The notes under the pieces: model-generated | Told to the model about the DNA's origin: nothing | What the model saw: only the letters and a program-made list of their open reading frames with translations | Database searches by the model: none | Made by a program: the position numbers and the translations under genes | Part shown: one piece after another, positions 43,308 to 54,647 of the stretch | Layout of the letters: each line of letters starts with the position of its first letter | Position numbering within the stretch: position 1 is the stretch's first letter | From: Chloropicon primus | Taxonomy: Eukaryota | Reading direction: 5' to 3' | NCBI GenBank assembly: GCA_023205875.1 | Contig: CP060760.1 | Coordinates: forward strand, 744,001 to 808,000 | DNA: 64,000 nt

Positions 43308-45602
43308 ATGGGGCCGGTGGGTGGAGAGGGGAGGGAAGAGGCGCCGGGGCCGCGAGAGGAGGAGCGGGGGGGAGGGAGGCCTGGGGGGGTGGGGTCGGAC
43401 GGGGAGAAGGGAAAGGGTGGTGGAGGGGAACTAGGGGGAGAAGGTGGGGTCGTCGTCGGGGGTAAGGTCAGGGAGGCCAAGGACGAGACCGACCTCGTTC
43501 TGGGGAACGGGGATGGGCTGGGGGATGGAGACGCGGCGGCAGTCGATGGGGACGACGAGAAGGACGGGATCACCGAGCAGAACAAGGCCAACGACCCGAC
43601 GTCGACGCCGGAGGAGGGCGCCATAGCCCTCGTGGGAGGGGTGGGCTGCGACTTCGTGTCGCGGGTCTTGTCGACCTTCGCGCCCCAGGAAGCTGTGAGG
43701 GACATCCAGGAGAAGACCAAAGTCAGGGACACGAGGTGAGTGACCCGGAAGCACCATCCACTTTCGATTACGAAAAGCCAACTGACTGCTCGCACGCCTC
43801 GCTTCGCCTGCTCCTCGTTTCGCAGGTACAACTCCGTGTTTGGGCTGCTGCAGCAGATGGGCAAGAGCAGGGCGGAGGTGAACAAGAGCTTGCTTGGCTC
43901 GCTGACCCAAATACTGCTCAGGAGGATCCACATGATGAAAGCCAGCGAGGAGGACGCCATGCTGGACTTGCTCGAATCGAGCTTCATCTACATCAGAATT
44001 CCGGAGGTGAGGAGCATTCCCATCGCCGTGCTTGAGAGGCTGAAAGCGGTTCCCAACAACTTTTTGAAACAGCTGAGCGCAGACAAGGCCGTGTTCGACA
44101 ACTTGCCCCAATCCGTGCAGAGGCAGGTGTGGGAGCTCGACAAAAGCCTCCTGCAGCAGCACGTCTCGCCCCTGATTTACCAGTACAGCTCCGAGAAGCA
44201 CACGACGCTCTCCTGCTTGAACATGAACGAGGAGAACCCGAACAAGAAGTTCAGCAGCATGTCAGTTCCCTCGGTGCACAGGCAAACGTACAGGAGCGCC
44301 AGCGGGGCCCTCAAGAAAATCACCTCGATCATCGACAAGTCCAACAAGATCTACAAGTACATCGTGAACCTTTGCTTGACCTTGTACCGGGAGTCGGAGA
44401 AGAACTTCATGTCCAAGGAGGAGCTGGCGTACTGCAGCTTCAGGTCGCAGCTCCTCATGACGCTTCACGATGGGATGAACGAGATCCGGACGGCGGACCC
44501 GTGCCACCGGTTGGCTTGGGTTTTGGACGTGTCCGTGAAGGAGAGGAAGTGCGGGGAGAAGAGGGTGAACGAGCTCATGCAGATTTTCAGGCGGTACGAC
44601 AAGCAGAACAGGAAGAAGCGGGCAGGAAGGGGCCAGGACCTGGATCCCCACGGAGGAGGAAGCACCAGCCAGCCGGACGAGAGCACCGTCCTGGGGGAGA
44701 TGGGGATGATCCTCAGGGACCCCCCCGTGTACTTCTTCCTCGCGAGGGAGGTCTTCAAGAGGCTTCAGGCGGTGGTGACCGGGCACGGCATGCCAAAGCA
44801 AGACGATTCCCTGATCTTCCTGTCCAGGCTGCTCCAGATCGCCGCCGAGTGCCGGTCCATGCTGCGGGAGAAGTCGTTCAAGTTCTACAAGGTGGACAAC
44901 GGCCTGGTTCGGGACTTTTACCCCCGGGTCTGCGCCTCCCTCATCGACAGGGCCCTGGCGATCAAGGGCAAGCAGGTGGACCCGAGGGCGGTGGACCCCA
45001 AGATGACGACCTGGCTCGTCACCAACGGGGTCGCCCAAGCAGTCTACCAGGCCTTTGCGCTCGACTGCCTCGGCAAGAAGCCCCCAGAACTCGCGGAGCA
45101 GTCCCTGATGACAGTCTTCATGGCCCTCTCCCAGCTCCCAAGCAAAGCCATGGTGGAGTGGAGCCCCTTCATGTACTCCCTGTGCGAGAAGCTGGTCTCC
45201 CTGGTGACGCAGAAGGCCATCAAGACGGACGCCAGCCTGTGGGAGCTCGCCGTGGACCAGATCCTCCTCAAGGCGGTCAACTACGAGGTGGAGGTTCACA
45301 GCAAGCTCCTGCAGCTGCTGGAGGCGGCCTTCTCGTCCGGCGAGCTCGGCGCCGACAAGGTCGTGAGGTACCTGGAGCAGGCCCTGGAGAACTCGGAGAA
45401 GAGCAGGAAGAGGTTCAGGAAGAAGCAGATGAAGCTGCTCCACGCCATGGAGGACTCTGGCAACGCTGGCAACAGCAGCGACGGGGTGAACGACGGGATT
45501 CACCCGTCCTACAAGAGACTGGCGAGCAAGCTTGGGGACGACGCCATCCCCGCACAGACAAAATTGTACGATTACCTAAACCAGCACCAGCAGAAGGTTT
45601 AG
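43308..45602 (+). CDS. NELFB: Negative elongation factor B (COBRA1) homolog; intron 43736-43825
   Basis: [42 protein letters not shown] and [11 protein letters not shown] match my recollection of human NELF-B (KRQIW, YCTLRAELLMSLHD, DPCHKFTWCLD). The intron joins DT-R|YNS. Confidence 0.88.
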
Positions 45603-45934
45603 AAGACTTTCTTCTTTGGAAGTTTTCATAATATATCTATATGTTATCCTCGCGGTGCCGCGCAACAATGGCGATCACGGCAAGATGGGCTGGGGACCCC
45701 GGCCATGGGCATCCTCCCCCCGAAGAGACAGAGACGGTCCCCCCCTTCCCCTCCTTGTCCCAAGGGACCCTCCTCCCAAACCATCCCACCTTAGCCAATC
45801 GTCGCTTAGGTTTGTGTTTGTCGTAACGGCGGAAGGGGGAGGGCGGGGGTTTCGGTTTCGGAGGCGCGCGCGCTAGAGAGAGAGGAGGACGGGGGTTGGG
45901 GGTGGAGAGACGCGCGAGGGAGAGCGAGAGCGAG

Positions 45935-47386
45935 ATGGAGCCCAACGGCGTCTTCGGGTTCGTGAAGAGGAGCATGAGCAAGAGCAAGAGCACGAGCGAG
46001 GGGGAGAGTGGCAGGATGGCGGACGAGAAGCTGATGAGCTTGGCGTCCTTCATGACGGTCCCGTCGAGGCACCTCATGCTGGAGATGCTGCCGAAGATCG
46101 AGTGCGCGTTCATCAACAAGAGGAGCGGCGCGAAGCACGGCCGGGCCTTCCTCGACATGCTGAACGAGATGTCCGGGGTGAGCTGCGAGGTGCACGACCT
46201 GGCGACGGAGGACCCGGAGGACCTCCTCGGGGGCTACCTGAGCCAGTGGGCGCAAAAGCCGATGTCGTCCTCGATTTTCCAGTCGCGGACGTCCGCGTCC
46301 GCGACCGAGAGCGGGGGCACCTTCGAGGACAACATCCGAAAGCTTCCCGTGATCATGGCGTGCGGGGGGGACGGCACCTTCAGCTGGATCGCCTCGACCG
46401 CGCTGAAGCAGGCCCACGAAGTGATGACCACGCCGTCGGACCGGGGCGAGGACCTGCCCCTGACCGTCCCGTACGCGATCATTCCCTTCCCTCTGGGCAC
46501 CGGGAACGACATGTCCGGGGTCCTCGGTTGGGGAAGGTCGATGGACCCGAGCCCCACGGCGCTCACGAAGCTCATAGACAGCGTGGAGTGCGCGTCAATC
46601 GGGCCCAAGTGCGACGTCTGGGGCGTGAGGTTCAAGAAATTCGAGTCCATGTCGAGGTTCAACACCATGTGCAACTACTTTAGCATCGGGGCGGATGCGA
46701 AGACGTCCAGACTCTTCGAGAATCACAGGACCTCCAGGCCGGGGCTGTACAGGAGCCAGAGCTTCAACAAGGTCTCCTACGCCGCTTTCGGGGGCTTCCT
46801 CGCGCTCAAGGGGTCCTCGAGCGTAGGAAAGCGGATCAAGCGTCTCGTTGTGGACGGCGAGGAGGTCAGGATTCCCCCAAAGGCCAAGGCGCTCATCGTG
46901 CTGAACATCCCGAGCTACGCCGACGGGACCAAGCCTTGGCAGGTCGATAGAAACCACCCGACCTTCAAGGAGGCAGCGATAGACGACGGGATGGTGGAAG
47001 TGTTCTGCCTCAAGTCGATCCTGAGCATAGCATTTCTCAAGACCTTCAGGGGCATCTTCTCCGGTGGCGTGAAGCGGCTGGCGCAGGGCAAATCCGTGTC
47101 GATCGAGATGCGCACCCACGAGGAGTACGCCAGCAGTAAAGGGAGTGGCACGCCGAGGAGCAACATGTACGCCCAAGTGGACGGCGAGTCCTTTGAATTC
47201 GACTGCGATGGCGAGGTGATCGATCTTTATAGGAAGGGTTCCGTCCCCGTTCTCTTTGGTCCGCACAGGGGGAAGGCCATGCAGGGTCCTCCCGCGAAGC
47301 TCAAGTCGGGAAGCTTCAACGCCCGCTGGCCCAAGTCCCCCTCGGAGTCCGATCTAGTCTCCCCCACGTCTCCGAATACAAAATAA
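45935..47386 (+). CDS. DGK: Diacylglycerol kinase (catalytic + accessory domain)
   Basis: Has FINKRSG, ACGGDGT, PLGTGNDMS, NYFSIGADA, LNIPSYADG, DDGMVEV and QVDGE. Confidence 0.93.
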   Translation: MEPNGVFGFVKRSMSKSKSTSEGESGRMADEKLMSLASFMTVPSRHLMLEMLPKIECAFINKRSGAKHGRAFLDMLNEMSGVSCEVHDLATEDPEDLLGGYLSQWAQKPMSSSIFQSRTSASATESGGTFEDNIRKLPVIMACGGDGTFSWIASTALKQAHEVMTTPSDRGEDLPLTVPYAIIPFPLGTGNDMSGVLGWGRSMDPSPTALTKLIDSVECASIGPKCDVWGVRFKKFESMSRFNTMCNYFSIGADAKTSRLFENHRTSRPGLYRSQSFNKVSYAAFGGFLALKGSSSVGKRIKRLVVDGEEVRIPPKAKALIVLNIPSYADGTKPWQVDRNHPTFKEAAIDDGMVEVFCLKSILSIAFLKTFRGIFSGGVKRLAQGKSVSIEMRTHEEYASSKGSGTPRSNMYAQVDGESFEFDCDGEVIDLYRKGSVPVLFGPHRGKAMQGPPAKLKSGSFNARWPKSPSESDLVSPTSPNTK

Positions 47387-47518
47387 GATGGTCGAGTTGT
47401 TGTTAGTGTGTGTGTGTGTGTGAATATATGAACCTGTTTTTTTGTCGTCTTGTCTTGTCTTGTCGTCGTCGCGTTACAACTCCGGCACACAAAGCTCTTA
47501 ATTATTGTCCACACACGC

Positions 47519-48376
47519 TCAGGTGCAAGGGCAGACCCTGTTGAAGGCCTCGGTGACTTCCGTGTCGCAGTCAAAGTTCTGAATCTTCTTTTCCTGGTAG
47601 CAGATCCCATCAAAGAGCTGTCCCGCGTTCGCTATGCTCTGGACGACCGGGCCACCAGAGTTCGCGGCCGGGCCCGACCGACCAATCTTGCAGTACTTGC
47701 ACTTGAACTGGAGGTGCTCCGTCACAATCTCGCATAAGTTGATGGCCTCAAAGTACTGCGGCGCACAGCGCATCCCGCTGGACTCGCAAGTGGCCTTGCA
47801 GGACTGTCCCCTCAACCCCAGGGTCACCTTGACCTCCCTAGGAAGCTGAACGACGGTCTGCTGAGGCATAGGGTACTGCCCGTAACAATAGTGGAACAAG
47901 TCCTTGTACATGTTCTCGAATATCGTGGACATGGGCGTAGTCCTGCACTGACCCGTGCAGTAGTCCCACTTGGTGTCGAACCTCCCCGTCTCCGGGTGGC
48001 GGACCACCTTGAACGTCTCCGGGTTCTTCATGTAACCCTCTGTCTTGTCGCTCCCCATGCAGCAACTCACGCAGTGCTCGTACCTGTCGCAACACTCGTT
48101 CGCCTTGCACCTCGAGCAATCACCCGCTTGGCCACCGAAAGCGTCGCAGCACCCGGTCTCGTAGTTCATCTTCTCCCTGGAACAGAGCACCCCGTTGCTG
48201 TCGGTCACGTTGTCCCTCGTCTCGACCGTGTTATCGCACTCGGTGAACCACACCGTCTTGGCGGTGATGGGCCTAAGCCCCGAGACGAGGCACGACAACG
48301 ACGAGGCCACCAGAAGGAGGACGAGAAGGAGTCCAAGCCCTCTCCCCATCCCTCCTCTTTCCTTCCGCTTCGCCAT
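47519..48376 (-). CDS. SPRING1: SPRING1/C12orf49 (UPF0454)-like Cys-rich secretory-pathway protein
   Basis: Signal anchor, then CDNTV...TDSNGVLC...GCC, CCDRYEHCVSCC, CTGQCRT...ENMY...HYC; C-terminal GQSC...C Cys-rich module. Confidence 0.8.
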   Translation of the reverse strand: MAKRKERGGMGRGLGLLLVLLLVASSLSCLVSGLRPITAKTVWFTECDNTVETRDNVTDSNGVLCSREKMNYETGCCDAFGGQAGDCSRCKANECCDRYEHCVSCCMGSDKTEGYMKNPETFKVVRHPETGRFDTKWDYCTGQCRTTPMSTIFENMYKDLFHYCYGQYPMPQQTVVQLPREVKVTLGLRGQSCKATCESSGMRCAPQYFEAINLCEIVTEHLQFKCKYCKIGRSGPAANSGGPVVQSIANAGQLFDGICYQEKKIQNFDCDTEVTEAFNRVCPCT

Positions 48377-48718
48377 GACCACCGACCGACTTCTTTAGGG
48401 TTCGAGAGGAGAAATCCATCCTGCTGCAGGAGACCGAGGATGGATTAGGAGGGAGAGCAGATGATGAGGAGGAGGAGGAGGAGGAGGATGTTGTTCTTCC
48501 CTGTCTGTCTGTGCTCGTGAAAGGCCAAGGAGAGTGCTTTCCTCCTCCTCTTCTTCTTCTCCTTCTTCTTCTTCTTCTCCTGAGCTTTGTTATCTTCATT
48601 GATTCATCAGGAGGAGGAGGAGGACGACGTGCGTGATGGTATGAAGTGCATGCAGATCAAGAATCAAGATACTACCCTATCCTATCCTATCATAACGATT
48701 CTTAGATAAAGCTATGTG

Positions 48719-49823
48719 TCACTGCTGGTCCGCCACGACTGCGGAAGCCCTGGACATCGCAACGATCTGGTCCTTGACGCCCTTCCTGTCTTTCGCGGGC
48801 TCGGGGTAAGGGAGGCGAACCTTGAACCTCTGACCCTTCTTCGAGGCCTCCACGTTCATGCCAAGAGAGTCCACGCTCACCATCTTGGCCGAGTCCACGC
48901 TCATGCCGGTATAGAACTTCACGTACTGTGCGCGCGACGAGAGAGGGAGAGAATAGGAGGAGCGGTCAGCCTCGTTGCTTCAGGGCATTCTCTGCTGCAA
49001 TCAAACTCACCAGTGGAATCTGCTCGTTGTGGTCGTCGTTCATGTGGCCGCAGATGGCCTCGCTGTACTGCACAATGTCGTCGACCTCCGCGTTCATGAA
49101 CTCCTCGGCCTTGATGCTTCCGGCCCTGGCGAAGCCCCCCACCAAGCGAACCCCCACGAGCTCCGTCGCCTCGTACATGGCAAAATCCCCAAAGTCCACC
49201 CAAAACGCGTTGGGGTGCTTGGCCTTGTAATGCCTCTTGAGGTCCGTCTTCTTCTCCTCGTCCGTCACCTTGTACGCCGTTCCCGTGATGGTCACCCTCG
49301 CGTCGCTCGCACCGCGAAACCCAGGAGCAGTCACCGTGAGGCTGAAGCGAGGGTCCGCGTCGATGTCGTGGGTGTGGGAGGAGAGCGTGCTGAACGCGAA
49401 TATGGGGAGACCCGTGTCCTCCCTCGCGGCGTACCCCACGATGGACCCGTTGGGAAACCCTCTGCTCTTCCCCCTGGCCGACATGGTCGATATGACCCCG
49501 AAGGTTCCAATATCCAATAGAGTCCTCCCCTCCTGAGCGAAGGTCAACCTCTCCGCCTTGCTCTGGTGCTTCTCGAAGGACGCCTCCTCCTCTTTCCGCA
49601 CCTGGGCGTCCTCCACTTCCACCTCCTCCCCGGCCTCCTCCGACTTGGCCCTCGCTCTACACGCCATCCCCCGTGACACCGTCGCGATGGTATTGGTATT
49701 GGTATTGGTATTGGTATTGCAGGTACTGTTGGTGTTCCTCCTGACCAGCAAGCACGCGTGGTAAGCCGCGCCCCCCGTGGTTCGCAGGGTCACCACCTTC
49801 CGCCCACAACTCCTCAGCATCAT
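48719..49823 (-). CDS. Plastid HugZ/HOZ-like heme-binding split-barrel protein with a DUF2470 domain; intron 48926-49010
   Basis: Has GFPNGSIVGYA, LSSHTHDI..DPRFSL, ARVTITG, KHPNAFWVDFGDF, VGGFARAG, ICGHMNDDH and SVDSLG. Confidence 0.85.
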
Positions 49824-50151
49824 ACACCTCCTCGTCGTCCTCCTCGTCGTCGTCGTCGCGAGGTGGTCGGAGGGGAGGTGGACAAAAACGTGGTCGATCG
49901 CGCGCGCTGGGAAGGCAGGGGAACGAACGAACGAACGAACGAACGAACGAACGGGAGCGCAACCTCTGACCTCACGACACCACGAGGGCGGAGAGGGAGA
50001 GGGGAGGGGAGGGGGCTTGGCTTGGCTTGGCTTGGCTCGGGGGGGTACAAGACAAGGGAGGTGGAGGTGGTTGTCCGTTCAGGAGAGACGCGAGGGATGG
50101 AGGGATTGATTGGTTGATTGATTGGTTGGTTGGTTGAGGAGAGGAAGGAAG

Positions 50152-50619
50152 ATGGAGGGGAAGGAGGGGCTGCCTGTGGCGGACACGACGGTGGTGGCGC
50201 ACCTGGAGTACGAGGCGGCGAGGATAGCGACGAACGAGCCGGAGCAAGCGTTCTCGGCCAAGATGAGGCTCGCGTGGGCCTTGGCGCACTCGGAACGGGG
50301 GAGGGTGGACTACGAGAGGGCAACGAGGATGATAGAGGACATGATGGAGGTCACGTCTGACGTCAAGAGGGAGGACCGGGAGGTCATGAACGAGCTCCTG
50401 TACCTCAAGGCGGTGGCGAACTTGAACACGGACGACCTCATCACGGCGCACTACACCGTCACGAAGCTGCTGGAGCGGTCGCCGAGGTCCAACCAAGGCA
50501 ACGCGCTCAAGGGGAGGATCAACAATGAGATACTCAAGAAGGGTCTCGCGGGGATCGGGATACTGGCGGGCGTCGTCACAGTGGGCGTCACCCTCGCCAT
50601 GAGGCTCGCGAAGAGGTGA
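50152..50619 (+). CDS. FIS1: Mitochondrial/peroxisomal fission protein FIS1
   Basis: Has MRLAWALAHS, ELLYLKAVAN, LLERSPRSNQ and tail anchor KKGLAGIGILAGV...KR. Confidence 0.88.
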   Translation: MEGKEGLPVADTTVVAHLEYEAARIATNEPEQAFSAKMRLAWALAHSERGRVDYERATRMIEDMMEVTSDVKREDREVMNELLYLKAVANLNTDDLITAHYTVTKLLERSPRSNQGNALKGRINNEILKKGLAGIGILAGVVTVGVTLAMRLAKR

Positions 50620-50811
50620 GGTGGACGCTCCCATCCGGCAGAGGACTTGGGGTGCGTTTTTTTTTTATGGGTGAGGGAGGCTGGGGTGGGTGTGGGGCGG
50701 GGCGTGCAAGGCATGCGAGGGATTTTCAAGGGGTTCTAATCTTTTTGTTGCTGTTGGGTAATACATTAAATACTTTTACTCGAGATGATCCGTCCTGTGC
50801 ACATTCCCACA

Positions 50812-52452
50812 TCACTCTCCGGTTCTCTGGACCCGGCCCTCGTCGTATCCCGCGGCCCTGCCGAACCTGCCCTCCACGGCAGCGGCAGGCTCCTTGATCT
50901 CCGCACCGGACTGAGGGGTCTCAATCCCGGTGTATGACCTGACCTTCGTCATGTAGTCGGCCGCGCTGTGCACCTCAGCCACCTCTCGGTTCCCGACTGA
51001 GAATCACGCAGGAACACACAAACACACACACACGCGATGTCAATGTCAGTCAGTCAGTCTGGTTATGAGCAGCACAAGCACAAGAAAAGAGCACTCACCT
51101 AGAGACAGCTGCAAATTTTGCGTGGGTTCGATGACATTGATCTCGATGTCTTGCCCCACCCCTGTGCCGGACGTTCTTTGGTCTTGCCTGTAGCCCCCCT
51201 TGATGAGGGAGAACGAGGGCCCCCCACCCTCCTCCCCCTCTTCCGAGCCCCCGTCCGCCGGGTCCGCTTGCTGCAGGAGGGAATCAAACCCAATGGTGTA
51301 CGTTCCCGTCCAAGAGCGGCCGGGAACGAACGCGAGCTCGGCCTCGAAGGGCGTGATGACCGGAGAGTAAAATTCTCTGCTGTCCAGCAAAGCCAGCTGG
51401 GGGCAAGAGATGAGCACGAACACTTCCACTTCCGGAAAGTTTGCCAGCTTCTCCGGTGTTATCCTTCCCATGACGAAGGTGTACGACTTCTTGCCGGCGC
51501 GCGCTATGATCCCCCGGAGGGCTTTGAGGGCATCCAGGTAGCCCGCGATCGAGAGGGTCCCAACCACAATCCCCACGATGCTGGCGTCCTTGGCCTTCTC
51601 CACCAGAAAGTACCGCCTCTTCAACGTCCGCGTCGCCGTGCTCACGCTGCCGTACTCCTTCCAAGACCTTCCCACCGGGTCGTACCTGAACCAGTCCACG
51701 GTGTTGTGCACCAGCATGAAGTTCGAGAGAGACAAGCTGTCCTCGTCCTCCCCGATCCAAACGTACTTCACGCTCCCTTGGGGGGCCTCTCCCACCTCGT
51801 TCGCCACGGCGTCGCTCGGGACGGACCACTCCAGTCCCCCCAGTCTGTGTACATTGCCCCCAGCAGGTCCAGGCCCTCCACTCGCCGCTGCTCCCCCCCC
51901 TTGCTCCTTCAGGCAGACCCTCGGAACCACAAAGGTGGTGTGCTTGAGGTTGCCGCCGTCCCCCTCTAACGCGGCCTCGAGCCTTCTCGCGACCTCGCCC
52001 ATCTTGTGCTCGTACTTGAGTTCGTAGGCCAGGACCACCGTCATCCTCGACGGTGAAACCTCCTCGACGGTGAAAGCGCTTCCCAGCTTGTCCACCAGGT
52101 CCTCGACCTCCAACGCCTCGCACTTGTCCAGCACAAACCTCACGGGCAGTTTGGCCACCTCGGGGATGTACGTCGCGCCGTAGTGCACCACGCAGTCGGC
52201 CGTCAGGTGATCCGCCGTGAGCTCGTCCACATGGCAACTCCCGTCGATGGTATCCGCCATGATAAACACGGTGAACTCCTCCTCCTGGCCTCCATCTCGT
52301 TTGGTGTTTTGTTCTTCACGTCGTTGTTTCGTGATGGCGTGCGCTATTTTCGGCGCCTCTTGCAAGAGGTGGTCGGGCACCTGCAAGGCCACCCTCCGTT
52401 TCCCATTCCTTCTCACCCATGCCACCGTCTCCTCCACCTCGAACGCCTCCAT
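50812..52452 (-). CDS. DPH2: Diphthamide biosynthesis protein 2; intron 50997-51098
   Basis: Has RVALQVPD, ADT..GSCHVDE, VVHYG, RRYFLVEKAKDA, GIVVGTL, KLANFPEVEVF and PVITPFE. The spliced last exon gives SAADYM..RSYTGIE...EGRFGRAAGY. Confidence 0.9.
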
Positions 52453-52547
52453 CCCGTCACCGCGGCGCACTCCTCGACTGAGGCACGAGGGACGAGGCTC
52501 CAACATACCTGCAGACTCAAGGAGGCAGAGGGACGAGGGGAACGAGA

Positions 52548-52579
<32 letters not shown>

Positions 52580-52595
52580 TCGATCGGTTTGGGTG

Positions 52596-53384
52596 ATGGC
52601 GGGAGATCGGGATCAGCCAGGTGCTGTGTCGTTTCACAGGCGTGAGCTGCCGCGGGACACGTGCGTGAGCTTTGCCTCACCGAGGGGGAAAAAGATCTTC
52701 ACCAGAGCTCTGCTCAAGGGAACGATGAGGAACTACTTTGCCCTCGCAGAGCAATTCCACACGCAGCAGGAGCCCGCGTATTGCGGACTGGCGACGCTCG
52801 TAATGGTCCTGAACGCCATGGCGATAGACCCGGGAAGGGTGTGGAAGGGGGTCTGGCGCTGGTTCAGCGAGGAGCTCCTCGACTGCTGCAAGGACATCGA
52901 ACTCGTGAAGCGGGAGGGAATCGACTTGGACGAGTTCGCGAGGCTGGCAAGGTGTAACGGTGCGATGTGCACGATCACGACGGGCGCAGAGGTGAGCTTG
53001 GACGAGTTCAGAGAGGTGGTCCTGGGGAACATGAGGGAGAAGGGCGCTGAGCCTTGCGACAGCGAGCCGTGCTGCTCATTCTTGTGCGTCAACTACGACA
53101 GGGGTGTGCTTGGCCAGACGGGAACGGGGCACTTCAGCCCTGTTGCAGGCTACAATGAGGAGGAAGACCTCTTGCTCGTCCTGGACGTCGCTCGCTTCAA
53201 GTATCCGCCTCATTGGGTGAAGCTTTCTTTGCTCCATGATGCGATGAAGGGGGAGAGGGGCTTTGCTTTGCTTTCGCCCGGAACCGGAGAGCAGGGCGAG
53301 CCCGTTCTCGGTTGCCAAGGGGGATGCGCTTTGCGAGGTTTCGACCGGCAGGGCAGACCTTCCTGCTCTCGGTGCGGCGGGTAG
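52596..53384 (+). CDS. PCS: Phytochelatin synthase, short form (catalytic domain plus a short Cys-containing tail)
   Basis: Has SFHRRELP, TQQEPAYCGLATL (catalytic Cys), WKGVWRWFSEELLDCC, GTGHFSP (His) and LDVARFKYPPHWV (Asp). Confidence 0.95.
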   Translation: MAGDRDQPGAVSFHRRELPRDTCVSFASPRGKKIFTRALLKGTMRNYFALAEQFHTQQEPAYCGLATLVMVLNAMAIDPGRVWKGVWRWFSEELLDCCKDIELVKREGIDLDEFARLARCNGAMCTITTGAEVSLDEFREVVLGNMREKGAEPCDSEPCCSFLCVNYDRGVLGQTGTGHFSPVAGYNEEEDLLLVLDVARFKYPPHWVKLSLLHDAMKGERGFALLSPGTGEQGEPVLGCQGGCALRGFDRQGRPSCSRCGG

Positions 53385-53485
53385 TAGTAGTAGGGAAACC
53401 ACTCGCGCAACAACAGCCTAGGAACGGGTAGTGAAGTGAATCCATCAATCTATCTTATCTTTACAATCAATCAAGTACGTTGCGA

Positions 53486-54343
53486 TCAAGAGAGAAAGCC
53501 GTGCACGATCGTTGAGTTGAAAAAGTCCCAGTCGATCTCCATGTGGTTGCCCTCGATGACGTCTAGCAGCAGCTTGCCTTGCTCATCGAGTTCCCTCAGG
53601 CCAATCCAGTCCTCCCGGTAAAACGCCTGCTCCTTGAGCGGGGTGACCTTTTTCGTCGTGGCGTTGTAGACGCCGAACAGCGAGGACTCCTTGGGCACAA
53701 CGGTCGTGTCGCCCTTCCACATGTAGAGCAGGAGAAGATCCAGGCTCGCGAGGTTTTCCTTGTACTGAGGATTCCGGTGAACTTCGTTGTTGATGCCTGG
53801 AAGAAAGATGTTCTTCTTCAGGTATGTCTCCATTTTCAAAGGGTCTTTGAAGTACTGGGCCTGCACGACCCTCTGACGAAGGAAATCGGAATACGCTCCC
53901 CAACCGAGCATCGCCTCGAACGAGCGGCAGAAGAGGTCCGACACGTCCTTCCCGCAGCCTGGCCAGTCCATTACGCCCTGGTGCTGCCCACCAAACGTGA
54001 TCAGTTTGCTGCACTTGGGCATACTCGGCTCCAAAGTTGGACAAACCTCCACGACTGCCCTGAGGAACTGACCACCCTGCGAGAACCCGATGGCGTTGTA
54101 ACCCTTGCTCAGCCTCGCGTCGCTTGCAATGATTTCACACACCTTGGCCACCTGGTCGTTCACATTGCCGAAGAAGCCAGCATCCCTGTCCTCGTCCTCC
54201 TTCTCTGCCAGCTGCACCGAGTACACGTCAACCCCAAGCTCTGTCTCGATCAGGTGCTTCACCCTGCCCATACTGTGCTCGTTGCAGCACGAATCCCCCA
54301 TCCCGTGCCAGATCACGACAGGCAACGGCCCACTAGGTGATGA

Positions 54344-54376
<33 letters not shown>

Positions 54377-54523
54377 TGTTGTTGTTGTTGCTGCTGCTGA
54401 TCCCCTTGGCTCGTCCTGCCGAGCCCCTTGCTTCACACACGAGACGAACCCCCCCTGTCCCACGAGCAGTCCCAGCAGGAAACCCAGCAAGGCCACCCTC
54501 CTCCTCCTCATCATCATCATCAT
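53486..54523 (-). CDS. PPT1: Palmitoyl-protein thioesterase 1
   Basis: Signal peptide; PVVIWHGMGDSCC, GFSQGGQFLR, GGQHQGV, DTTVVPKESS, DWIGL and GNHM. Confidence 0.95.
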
Positions 54524-54647
54524 CCTCGTCCTCGTCCTCGTCCTCGTCCTCTTCAGCGCAATCCCTCGCCTCGTCCCGTCCCTCGGTCGTCCAACGCAAC
54601 GCAGCGCGTCCGGCCAGAGCGCACGAGCCGTGTCGCGCGGAGGCCTA

